A DNA stretch of 64,000 nucleotides. Origin: Chlorobiota bacterium. GTDB lineage: Bacteria > Bacteroidota > Ignavibacteria > OLB7. Location of the stretch: assembly GCA_016700335.1 (NCBI GenBank), contig CP065014.1, positions 1,221,479-1,285,478 on the forward strand. Direction: 5' to 3'. The position numbers and the translations under genes were made by a program. The notes below the pieces were generated by a model. The model was given only the letters and a program-made list of their open reading frames with translations. It was not told the origin of the DNA and made no database searches. How positions within the stretch are numbered: the first letter of the stretch is position 1; each line of letters begins with the position of its first letter. Positions 32,157-41,415 of this stretch are shown here, one piece after another.

Positions 32157-33236
32157 TTGAATACTTTTGGAAGGTTACTTAGAATTACTACCTTTGGAGA
32201 ATCGCATGGAAACTCAGTTGGAGTTGTGGTTGATGGAGTTCCACCTAATTTAGATATTGATATTGAAAAACTTAAACTTGATTTATCTAAAAGAAGTCCA
32301 GGAAAAGATTTCACATCAAAAAGAATAGAATTAGATTTACCTGAAATTGTTAGTGGAATTTTTGAAAACAAAACTATTGGGTCTCCAATTTGTGTTATTG
32401 TAAAAAACACAAATCAAAAAAGTAAAGATTATGAAGATTTAAAGGATTTGTTTCGACCATCTCATGCTGATTATACTTATCAAAAAAAGTATGGAATTAG
32501 GGATTATCGTGGTGGTGGAAGAGCTTCGGCAAGGGAAACCCTTTCAAGAGTAATTGGTGGTTATTTTGCAAGAGTTATTTTAAATAATTTTGTTAAAGAT
32601 TTAGTTGTTAAAGTAGCCGTAACTCAAATTGCAAGTGTAAAATCTACAATTGTAGAAAATATGGATTACGATGAAATTTATAAATCAACATTCAGATGTA
32701 ATGATATTAAAGCAGAGTTATTATATGAAAAATTATTAGATAAATTAATTTCAGATGGAGATTCTGCTGGGGGTATTGTTTCAGCACATATAGTTAATTT
32801 ACCTATTGGTATTGGTGAGCCTATTTACGATAAATTAAATTCTAGACTTTCACAAGCAATGATGTCAATAAATGGTGCAATGGGTTTTGAAATTGGAGCT
32901 GGATTTGAAGTTGCTAATAAATTTGGTTCTGAAAATAATGATGATTTTATAATATCTGATGGTAAAATATCTACTTCCAAAAATAATTCAGGGGGAATTC
33001 AAGGTGGGATTTCAAACGGTAATTATGTTAATTTCAATGTTGCTTTTAAGCCACCATCTTCAATCTCAAAATTGCAGTATTTAGCAACATCAGAATCTGA
33101 AATTGTTAGACATAAAATAATTGGAAGACATGATCCAACAATTGTTATAAGGGCTGTTCCAGTTGTTGAAGCTATGACTTTATTAGTTCTTGCTGATTTG
33201 GTATTGATTAATAACTTGTATAAAAATACAAATTGA
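32157..33236 (+). CDS. aroC: chorismate synthase
   Basis: MNTFGRLLRITTFGESHGNSVGVVVDGVPP and later AroC blocks. Confidence 0.9.
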   Translation: MNTFGRLLRITTFGESHGNSVGVVVDGVPPNLDIDIEKLKLDLSKRSPGKDFTSKRIELDLPEIVSGIFENKTIGSPICVIVKNTNQKSKDYEDLKDLFRPSHADYTYQKKYGIRDYRGGGRASARETLSRVIGGYFARVILNNFVKDLVVKVAVTQIASVKSTIVENMDYDEIYKSTFRCNDIKAELLYEKLLDKLISDGDSAGGIVSAHIVNLPIGIGEPIYDKLNSRLSQAMMSINGAMGFEIGAGFEVANKFGSENNDDFIISDGKISTSKNNSGGIQGGISNGNYVNFNVAFKPPSSISKLQYLATSESEIVRHKIIGRHDPTIVIRAVPVVEAMTLLVLADLVLINNLYKNTN

Positions 33237-33409
33237 TATTTTATTTTTAAAATCTATAAATTTGATTTTCTTATTTTAGTTTTTCAAATATCTTATTTAA
33301 AATTTTCATTTAATTTGAATGATTGTTTTTTCACAAGTTGCTTTTTGAAAAAACTAATTTATTACTTAAAAATTATTATAAATAAACTATATAACCTCTT
33401 TTTTTTAAA

Positions 33410-34159
33410 ATGAAAAAATACTTATTATTTACTTTTTTTGTTTTGTTATCTAATTTAACCTTGAGAGCACAAGAAGAACAAGGTGATTATGATATTACTG
33501 ATCCTACTGGTACTTTAATTGGTATTATGGGTGGTGGTGTGTTAAGTTCACCTCGCAATCCTTTCCCTTCGGTTAGAATTGGTGTAGATTCAAAAGATGG
33601 GACAAGCGAAGTTTCATCTGACATCTCTGAATTTTCGATTGGAAACAGAGTTGGTTTATTTGGAGTTATTGGTATTGTTAAGCAAATTGCAATTTCTTTA
33701 AATGTAGGCATGATGAAGTACGGAGTTAGTTATGCATCAACACCTAAAGTTAGTTTGCAATTGCAAACAATTCAAGCTGGAGGAGGAGTTCAAATTAATG
33801 TTTTAAATGATTTAAGATCTTTTAGAAGAGATTATGGATTACGCCAAATTTATGCTGATGTAGGTTTAGAAGCTGCTGTAACAACACTTGGTAATAAGGT
33901 TGAAGCTTATTCAATTGATGTAAACTCAAATAGAACTCCAGCAACTGGAAGTTTCCAAGATTCAAAACCTTTTGATAATACTCTTTCTCTTCATGGTGCT
34001 TTAGGTTTCCGTTATGCTTTAGGTATGCATTATGAACTTGGTTTTGAGGGTGGTTATAATTATGCGTTAGGTGGTGTGTTTAATAAAACTTCCTTACCAG
34101 ATTCAAAATTTACAATTGATAATGTTATGGTTCAAGTTGCTTTTGGTTATAGATTCTAA
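33410..34159 (+). CDS. hypothetical outer-membrane beta-barrel protein (249 aa)
   Basis: Signal peptide, Gly-rich alternating strands, and a C-terminal ...AFGYRF. Confidence 0.5.
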   Translation: MKKYLLFTFFVLLSNLTLRAQEEQGDYDITDPTGTLIGIMGGGVLSSPRNPFPSVRIGVDSKDGTSEVSSDISEFSIGNRVGLFGVIGIVKQIAISLNVGMMKYGVSYASTPKVSLQLQTIQAGGGVQINVLNDLRSFRRDYGLRQIYADVGLEAAVTTLGNKVEAYSIDVNSNRTPATGSFQDSKPFDNTLSLHGALGFRYALGMHYELGFEGGYNYALGGVFNKTSLPDSKFTIDNVMVQVAFGYRF

Positions 34160-34174
34160 TATGTTTTTTATTTA

Positions 34175-34209
34175 ACCCGCATTTGTTTTTTCAAATGCGG
34201 GTTTTTTTA
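34175..34209 (+). terminator. intrinsic terminator
   Basis: cccgcatttg-tttttt-caaatgcggg followed by T7. Confidence 0.8.
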
Positions 34210-34636
34210 TGTTTGACTTGAAGTAAAAAAAAGTTACAGCTAAATTATTTAATCCTGATGGTAGTTTATTATTCATTTTTAAATCCTGAATTGGATTTAC
34301 AATAATAGGAGTTTTTCGATGATAGTTTTTCCTTAATTTTTCTGTATTGATTGTAGTTTTATTTAACTATGAAACTGACTTAAAAGGTTTTGTAATCTTA
34401 AGAAAAATGGATAGAAAATTTAATATAATATAAGGCTTTCTAGTTGTTGTTTCAATATAGAATCCAAATTGTTTACTTCATCTAACTAGCATAATTTGTT
34501 CTTCTTCATTTCCAGATTACTTTTCACTAATTTCTACTTTTGTTGAGTAAGTTTAAATTCAACTATTGAATAAATTTGTGTTTCTCTTCTTCGGTAAAAG
34601 ACAAACTTGCCTTTTTAATGATTTTTTCGTTCATAT

Positions 34637-34677
34637 TTTACACTATTTAGTGTAAACCTATATTAGGACAAGGCATT
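34637..34677. repeat. inverted 41-bp copy (about 90% identical) of the IS left terminus found at 35259..35299
   Basis: The reverse complement of 34637-34677 aligns with 35259-35299 (…cttgtcct-aatat/gaaat-aggtttacactaaa[t/a]agtgtaaaa). Confidence 0.7.
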
Positions 34678-34810
34678 TTTTGAATCGTTGGAAATTTTTT
34701 AAAAACAATTTTGACCTGCGTTGGCTTTGCAAGCTCTTTGACAAAGCTTTGGTCTGTGCTTTGGCTTGTGGGGCTTTGGCAAAGTGCTTGCAAAATTCGT
34801 TGGCTATTTG

Positions 34811-35256
34811 TTAGTATGTCCATTCTCTGTGGCTTACAGGTAAACGATTTAATTCCTCTTTATAAAACTTCCATTGTGGCATATGCTTTTCCATCAAGGT
34901 CAGGAAACGGTCGTTGTGATGTCTTTCTGTAAAATGTATCATTTCGTGAACCACAATATATTCCAAACAATGCAAAGGTTTTTTTGCCAGTTCTAAGTTT
35001 ATCCAAATTCTTTTTTTCTCAATGTTGCAAGTTCCCCATTTGGTTTTCATTTGTTTTACTTGCCAGTCAGCAACTGTAACACCAATTTGTTTTCCCATTT
35101 GTCAATAATGGGCTGAATGAGTTTTTTTAATTCTGTCCGATACCATTCATTAATGATGATTTGTCTGTCGTTGGGTTGTGCGGTTGCGTATTTTTTATTT
35201 TCAGAAGGGAAGGATAATTTTTTTAATTCAATTTTTTCAGGGTGGGGCAGGCACAC
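34811..35256 (-). pseudogene. YgjP/DUF45-like HExxH metallohydrolase remnant (typical companion of type I RM loci), frameshifted and N-terminally truncated
   Basis: Two overlapping minus-strand ORFs (35056..35256 and 34811..35098) together give ...WYRTELKKLIQPIIDKW... then ...KTKWGTCNIEKKRIWINLELAKKPLHCLEYIVVHEMIHFTERHHNDRF (WGSCS...HE.xH core). No N-terminal roughly 80 aa remain, and the IS left end abuts the first codon. Confidence 0.65.
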
Positions 35257-35300
35257 TCTTTGTCTTGTCCTGAAATAGGTTTACACTAAAAAGTGTAAAA

Positions 35301-35732
35301 ATGGACAAAAAAATCATTCAAAAAGCAGGTAAGTATTATACCTTAGAAGAAAGACATCAAATCATTCAAGAGTTAATTGCGACTGGCTGTACTAAAGTTG
35401 AAATTTGGGAAAAATATACTGGAGATATAGAAGAACATGGTCAACTACTGCGCTGGATGCGTCAACTAGGATATAATGTTGGAATTAAAACAAGAAGGCC
35501 TAATATTGTATCAAATAATTATCTCATGGTAACTAAGAAATCAAAACCAGATAAGGAGATTAAAATTGAAGATGATTCTTTTGAAAATCTTCAATTAAAA
35601 AAACGAATTGCTGATTTGGAAAAGCAGTTAAAGGATGCCGAACTAAAGGCAATTGCATTTTCTACTATGGTAGATATTGCAGAAAAAGAGTTCAATATAC
35701 CGATTAGAAAAAAGCTCAATACCAAACCATAG
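35301..35732 (+). CDS. IS3-family transposase OrfA (HTH DNA-binding plus coiled-coil)
   Basis: 143 aa with an N-terminal HTH, a leucine heptad region LKKRIADLEKQLKDAELK, and an end 6 bp before the orfB ATG. Confidence 0.8.
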   Translation: MDKKIIQKAGKYYTLEERHQIIQELIATGCTKVEIWEKYTGDIEEHGQLLRWMRQLGYNVGIKTRRPNIVSNNYLMVTKKSKPDKEIKIEDDSFENLQLKKRIADLEKQLKDAELKAIAFSTMVDIAEKEFNIPIRKKLNTKP

Positions 35733-35737
35733 AAGTA

Positions 35738-36680
35738 ATGAAAAATAATTTTTCACACATAGGATTAGCCAAGTTATGTGGATGGTTTGGTATTACTAGA
35801 CAGGCTTATTATCAGAACAATTGGGAAGGAATATCTTCTACTCTAGAAGAAGATTTGATTATACATCAAGTAAAAGAAATTCGTAAAAATCATCGTAGAA
35901 TGGGAACACGAAAACTATATGAATTATTACAACCATTTATTCTTGAACATCAAATAAAAATAGGCAGAGATGCACTATTTAATATGCTTTCGGCTAATCA
36001 TTTATTAGTAAGAAAACGTAAACGTAGAATACAAACTACGAATTCATATCATTGGTTAAGAAAATATCCTAATCTCGTACGTGAGTTTGTACCAACTAAA
36101 ATCAACCAACTTTGGGTAAGTGATATCACTTATTGGAAAATAGATACTGGAGAGCATCTTTACATCAGTTTTATTACTGATGCATATTCACATAAGATAG
36201 TAGGCTATCAAGTAGCTGAAACTATGGAAGCGATAGAAAGTATTCAAGCATTGCAAATGGCTCTCTCTGGCTTGGGGCCAGAGAGCCATTTGCAACACCT
36301 ATCCAGTAAGTAATCTCATTCATCATAGCGATAGAGGTATACAATATTGTAGCAATGCTTATGTAAAGCTATTGAAAGATAATAATATCAATATTAGTAT
36401 GACAGAAAAAGGCGATCCATTAGAAAATGCAGTGGCAGAACGTGTAAATGGAATCATCAAAGATGAGTATTTAGAAACTTATAATATTGATAACTTAAAT
36501 GATGCTAAGGAATTACTTAAAGCTGTAGTAGATTTGTATAACAATGAAAGACCACATATGAGTATTGGAAACCATACACCAAATAATATACATCATTCAA
36601 AAACAAATATAAAAACCGATAGATTATGGAAAAACTATTATCGAAAAAAAACTACATTTGTAAACACAGTTCAGGACTAA
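35738..36680 (+). pseudogene. IS3-family transposase OrfB (DDE integrase core) interrupted by a 22-bp hairpin-forming insertion
   Basis: WVSDITYW...(frame break at about 36271-36292)...LIHHSDRGIQYCS...ENAVAERVNGIIKDE. Deleting 36271-36292 in silico restores a continuous ALQMALSGNTYPVSNLIHHSDRG frame. Confidence 0.75.
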
Positions 36681-36815
36681 ATAGAAACTGTAAACTAATA
36701 GTAGGATTAATTAATTAAACTGTAAACTTTTTTTAGGACGAGTCACTTTGCCAAGTTTTGGCTTGTGTGTTGGCTTGTGCGACTTGGCAATGTGTGTGAC
36801 TGCAGCGGTGGCTCA

Positions 36816-39800
36816 TTAGTTCTGATTTTTCTTAAAGTTTTCTGCTTGTTCAAAAATCTCAACATATACTTCGTCTCTCTCAACTGGTGGATAACCAAAC
36901 TCGTCAAGCAAGAGAATTAGTCCAACTTTTAATGCTGATTTGATGTCATCTCGTTTGTTCCAGTCAGGGAATTTGGCTTGCCCGTCAACCAAGTCTTTCA
37001 CGGCTTTTGCAAGGTCAATCATTTTGTCTTCAGGATATTTGAAGTCGTATTTTATACAGAGTTCTTTGAGTATGTCGTAAAATGCTTTTTCTTCAAAGTC
37101 AATTCCTAAAGCATCTCCTGCCGAAAATTCTTTGTGAACTTCCCAAATCAAATCTGTCAAAGCGGAAGCCATTTCTTCATACACTTCACTTCTCAAAATG
37201 TCGTTTGCATCACGGTCGTTGTAGCGTTCAACCAAGGCTTGCATCTTTTTGGTAAAGTCAATTCCTTTTACTCGGTTTACTTTTTTGATTTCTGCAATTA
37301 CTTTAGCCAATAATTGTTGAAGCAATTTGATTTTTGTATTCGGCAATTTGATTTTATCAATCTTAGCCAAATAATCTTCATCAAAAATGTCTTGTTCGGT
37401 TTCTGCTTCATCACCGAGTTTGAAAATTTCTTCAACTCCTTCACTTTGCAACGCTTCTTTTATCATTTCCCGAACTTTGGTATTCATCTGTGCTGTGTCG
37501 GGTGCATTGCCTTTGGTGAGTTTGAAAACAATGGAACGAACAGCCAAATAGAAATGTGTGTAATCTCTTTCTAACTGCGTTAATTGTTCGCTTCCTGCAC
37601 AAATATCATAAGCGGCTTTCAGTCGCTTTACCAAGCCCATAAATCGGGTTTCAAATTCTTTGGATTGTTGCACATATTCGGCTGCTAAATTCAAAGTGTT
37701 TAATTGCTGAATGGTTGTGCCTTTGAAATATTTTGAATTGTCAAATGTGTGAAACAGTTTAGCCAAGAGGTCTAAATGATTTCTTACAATGATGATGGAT
37801 TCTGCAATGTCTTCAAAATTGTCTTTGTCGCCTTCGCTGTATTGCTTCAACGCCAAATTCATTTGCGTTTTGATGCCGATATAATCCACAACCAAACCTT
37901 TATTCTTTCCTTCAAACTTGCGGTTTACTCTTGATATGGTTTGAATTAAATTGTGTCGCTGAATTGGTTTGTCAATGTAAATGCTGTCCAAGAACGGCAC
38001 ATCAAAACCTGTGAGCCACATATCAACCACAATTGCAATTTTGAAATTTGATTTTTCATTTTTGAATTGTCTATCAAGTTCTTTGCGTTGGTCTTTAGTT
38101 CCCAACAAATCATACATTACCTTCGGGTCGTCTTGTCCTCTGGTGGCAATGAGTTTAATACGTTCAATAGGTTTCAGTTCTCGTTTATCTTTGTCTGTAA
38201 GTTCTGCACCTTCTTCGGCTGCTCGTATTTCGTTCCATTCGGGTTTTATTTCAATAATGTTTTTATACAACTCATACGCAATTTCACGAGTGCTACACAC
38301 AAACATTGCTTTACCTTTTACGGTTGAACCTTCTGAAACCCTTTTTTCATAATGGTTTACAAAATCTTCGGCAACTGCTTTTAAACGGTCAGGGTCGCCA
38401 ATAATGGCATACATCTGAGCCATTTCTTTTTTGCTTTGTTCAATCTGATTTTCGTTGCTTCCTATCTCGGCACATTTTGCGTAATAATCTTCAATCTCTT
38501 TGAGTTTTGAATTATTCAACAACACTTTTGCTGCTCTGCCTTCATACACAATTCGAACAGTGATTTCATCTTTCACTGATTCAGTCATTGTGTAAGCATC
38601 AACAACTTTTCCAAACACATCAAGCGTTGCATCTATTGGCGTTCCTGTAAAGCCAACAAAAGTGGCATTGGGCAATGAATCGTGTAAATATTTAGCAAAG
38701 CCGTATGTTTTAGTAACGCCTTTCTCTGTAACTTTTACTTTTTGGTCAAGGTTTACTTGGCTTCTGTGTGCTTCGTCAGAAATGCAAATCACGTTTGGTC
38801 TATCAGTAAGCAATTGTGTGTCCTCTGTAAACTTGTGAATTGTGGTTAAGAAAACGCCTCCGCTTTGTCTGCCTTGAATTAATTCTCTTAGGTTGGCTCT
38901 GCTCTCAACACTCACCACTGTATTGTCACCAATAAAGTTTTTGGCATTGGTAAATTGTCCCGAAAGTTGGTCGTCTAAATCGGTGCGGTCGGTTATTAAA
39001 ACAATTGTTGGGCTTTCAAAATATTCGCTTTTCATCAACAACCTTGTCAAGTAAAGCATAGTAAAACTCTTTCCGCAACCAGTAGCACCAAAGTATGTTC
39101 CCCCCTTTCCATTTCCGTTGGGCTTTTGTGCTTTCTTGATATTGTCATACAATGCTCTTGCAGCATAGTATTGCGGATAGCGACAAACTATTTTTTCGTT
39201 TTTCTTAGAACTATCAGGAATGTAAATGAAGTTGCGGATAATATCACGCAAACGGTTTTTATGAAACATTCCTTGTATAAGTGTAAACATACTGTCAATG
39301 CCGTCCACTTCTTTTGCCAAACCTGCTACTCTTCGCCAGCCATAGAAAAACTCATACGGAGCAAAGAATGAACCTGACTTGTTGTTTACGCCATCGCTAA
39401 TAACACAAAAAGCATTGTATTTAAACAGTTCGGGAATGTCTCTGCGGTAACGAACAGTTAATTGCTTGAAAGCATCATAAATAGTGGCTTCTTCACGAAT
39501 GGCAGATTTAAATTCAAATACCACCAAAGGCAAACCATTGATATAAACAATGCCATCAGGAATACGTTTTTCTGAACCAATAATTTCTAACTGGTTTACG
39601 AATTTGTAAATATTAGTGTCGGCAGGATAAACTTCTTCGGGTTCGGCTGCAATAGAAATTAACTGGTCTGCTTCGGGCTGGCGGTGCTTATTTAAACCTG
39701 CGTAATTGATAAGTTGAATGTAAATATCCTTTTGATTACGGTCTTCTCGTTTAAGAATAAAACCGTCAGAAAGCATTTTTAAAAATGTTTTGTTGCTTTC

Positions 39801-40028
39801 ATAAAGGTCAGAAGCAGAAAGTGATTTGAGTTGAAGAATAATAGATTTGATTTCATTTACCGTAATGCCTTGACCAGCGTATTGCGTTAAAAGAAAGGTT
39901 TGTAAATCTTCTTCTATTAATACTTCGTCAGGCTTACGAGTTATCGTAATGCCCAAGTGGTGGGGAAATCCTTCTTGCCCCAACAATTCGGTAAATGCCT
40001 TTTCTAAACTTGCCTCTGTAAATTTCAT
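36816..40028 (-). CDS. hsdR: type I restriction enzyme R subunit
   Basis: 1070 aa with the HsdR N-terminal nuclease region, SF2 helicase motifs including DEAH (VICISDEAHRSQ), and a position downstream of hsdM/hsdS. Confidence 0.92.
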   Translation of the reverse strand: MKFTEASLEKAFTELLGQEGFPHHLGITITRKPDEVLIEEDLQTFLLTQYAGQGITVNEIKSIILQLKSLSASDLYESNKTFLKMLSDGFILKREDRNQKDIYIQLINYAGLNKHRQPEADQLISIAAEPEEVYPADTNIYKFVNQLEIIGSEKRIPDGIVYINGLPLVVFEFKSAIREEATIYDAFKQLTVRYRRDIPELFKYNAFCVISDGVNNKSGSFFAPYEFFYGWRRVAGLAKEVDGIDSMFTLIQGMFHKNRLRDIIRNFIYIPDSSKKNEKIVCRYPQYYAARALYDNIKKAQKPNGNGKGGTYFGATGCGKSFTMLYLTRLLMKSEYFESPTIVLITDRTDLDDQLSGQFTNAKNFIGDNTVVSVESRANLRELIQGRQSGGVFLTTIHKFTEDTQLLTDRPNVICISDEAHRSQVNLDQKVKVTEKGVTKTYGFAKYLHDSLPNATFVGFTGTPIDATLDVFGKVVDAYTMTESVKDEITVRIVYEGRAAKVLLNNSKLKEIEDYYAKCAEIGSNENQIEQSKKEMAQMYAIIGDPDRLKAVAEDFVNHYEKRVSEGSTVKGKAMFVCSTREIAYELYKNIIEIKPEWNEIRAAEEGAELTDKDKRELKPIERIKLIATRGQDDPKVMYDLLGTKDQRKELDRQFKNEKSNFKIAIVVDMWLTGFDVPFLDSIYIDKPIQRHNLIQTISRVNRKFEGKNKGLVVDYIGIKTQMNLALKQYSEGDKDNFEDIAESIIIVRNHLDLLAKLFHTFDNSKYFKGTTIQQLNTLNLAAEYVQQSKEFETRFMGLVKRLKAAYDICAGSEQLTQLERDYTHFYLAVRSIVFKLTKGNAPDTAQMNTKVREMIKEALQSEGVEEIFKLGDEAETEQDIFDEDYLAKIDKIKLPNTKIKLLQQLLAKVIAEIKKVNRVKGIDFTKKMQALVERYNDRDANDILRSEVYEEMASALTDLIWEVHKEFSAGDALGIDFEEKAFYDILKELCIKYDFKYPEDKMIDLAKAVKDLVDGQAKFPDWNKRDDIKSALKVGLILLLDEFGYPPVERDEVYVEIFEQAENFKKNQN

Positions 40029-40051
40029 TTATAATTGTTAATGATAAATGG

Positions 40052-40423
40052 TTAATTGTTAATGTTTGCTTTAACGGATTTAATTATACTTGTAATAAGT
40101 TTGATAATTTCTACAGCATCATTGTTTATACTTTCAAATTGTTCTTGGGTTAAGTAATCAGTATCTTTTAGAAGTTCAAGCCAGTAAATAGTCTCGTTAA
40201 TTTCTTTTTGAGCTATACCCATCTTATGCTTGAAATCGTTTTTGGTTTCTGCGTGTTCCGCCTCTCTAACCATTGCACCTACAGAAGTACCACTTCTAAG
40301 TAGTTGTTTTGAAAGCACAAACTCCTTTTTCTGCTTACACAAAAACTGATAGAGTTTTACCACCCTCACCGCAAACAAAAAACTCTTATTCTTTACAATG
40401 TTATCTCTCATTACTTTAACCAT
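40052..40423 (-). CDS. four-helix-bundle protein (TIGR02436-like; formerly '23S rRNA intervening-sequence protein')
   Basis: LSKQLLRSGTSVGAMVREAEHAETKNDFKHKMGIAQKEINETIYWLELL fits the conserved S..L.RS..S...N..E pattern of this family. The family is often embedded in RM loci. Confidence 0.7.
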   Translation of the reverse strand: MVKVMRDNIVKNKSFLFAVRVVKLYQFLCKQKKEFVLSKQLLRSGTSVGAMVREAEHAETKNDFKHKMGIAQKEINETIYWLELLKDTDYLTQEQFESINNDAVEIIKLITSIIKSVKANINN

Positions 40424-41415
40424 TTATCATTAACAATTAACCATTGAACACCAACCATTCTTTCTTGAATCATTTTTAATGTTTTCAAAATGGCTTCTTC
40501 TTTTGGTAATTCTCCATATACCAAATTTTTGAAGTCACCGTTGTAAATAGTTTTCAACTCATTCCATACATTTTCTAAGTCTCTAAAAATAAGTGCTTCA
40601 CTAGGATGATAATTTAGCCATTTATTATTGTTTCTAAAACTTGCAACATCATCATTGGCTACTTTTAAAAGCATTTCATCAAATGCCGTTGATTGAAAGA
40701 ATTTAAAGAACTCATCTTGTTTAAGTAGCTGATGTAAATCGTAGGTGTGCCGTATCTTTTTCTTTAAATCATCCATTGGATTTTCGCCATAAGAAAAACG
40801 AACCAAACTCATTATTTTCTCGCAAATGGTTCTTATTGGTTCTAATGCCAACAAGTTAAAAGGAAGTAGTCCGTTTTCTTTAGCAATATCAGACTGCTTA
40901 TTATCTAGCATCATTTGGCCAACAAATGAAACGATGCTTTTGGTGGTGTAAGGTTCGTAATATCCCAACCAAGTTGATTCCAAAATGATAACATTTCTTA
41001 CTTGGCCGTAATCGCCTTTAAATTCTTTGTTGTAGGAATGTGCCGTTTTTCGATTCATCCCCATTTTATGGGTAACGCCATCGATAGGTACTTCGGGCAA
41101 TACGGCTTCTACAACTGTGCTTACTGCTTTTAATTTTGATTTTAACTTGCTGTCTGTTTCTCCTTCTCGTCTCAATACTACCAAATCAATATCTTCCGAA
41201 AAGCGTTCTATCATATTGTAACATTTGGATAGTGCCGTTCCGCCTTTAAATACCGTGTCTTTGCCAATTTCATTATTGAAAATGGTAAACAAAGCATATG
41301 TAACCCAATAGTCTTTTTCTACATAAATGGCAGGGATTTTCATTTGGTCAGCTGTAAACTGTATCGCTTGTCTGAATAAGGTTTTGTTTTCGTGCAGCTT
41401 CATATTATGTTCCAT
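40411..41415 (-). CDS. abiEii: AbiEii/AbiGii-family nucleotidyltransferase toxin (DUF1814)
   Basis: FKGGTALSKCYNMIERFSEDIDLVV is the hallmark motif. The gene overlaps the upstream AbiEi-like gene by 16 bp. Confidence 0.82.
   Translation of the reverse strand: MEHNMKLHENKTLFRQAIQFTADQMKIPAIYVEKDYWVTYALFTIFNNEIGKDTVFKGGTALSKCYNMIERFSEDIDLVVLRREGETDSKLKSKLKAVSTVVEAVLPEVPIDGVTHKMGMNRKTAHSYNKEFKGDYGQVRNVIILESTWLGYYEPYTTKSIVSFVGQMMLDNKQSDIAKENGLLPFNLLALEPIRTICEKIMSLVRFSYGENPMDDLKKKIRHTYDLHQLLKQDEFFKFFQSTAFDEMLLKVANDDVASFRNNNKWLNYHPSEALIFRDLENVWNELKTIYNGDFKNLVYGELPKEEAILKTLKMIQERMVGVQWLIVNDKWLK

Larger units (their letters stand above)
35259..36757 (+). mobile_element. IS3-family insertion sequence, about 1.5 kb (approximate ends), orfA/orfB with a -1 programmed frameshift; probably defective
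   Basis: OrfA (HTH plus leucine zipper) and a DDE OrfB in the -1 frame. The slippery heptamer A AAA AAG lies at 35708-35714 in the correct phase. Terminal inverted-repeat-like sequences sit at 35259-35299 and about 36737-36757. Confidence 0.8.

Noticed and set aside
34217-34636. Looked for a tRNA or integrase at the island's left border
   Set aside because: The region is AT-rich with no GC-rich cloverleaf-like segment and no ORF. No tRNA gene could be recognised anywhere in the window by eye.
37314-39371. + strand ORFs inside hsdR (37314..37574, 37981..38352, 38067..38327, 39126..39371)
   Set aside because: They are antisense to a well-supported HsdR reading frame and have no motifs.
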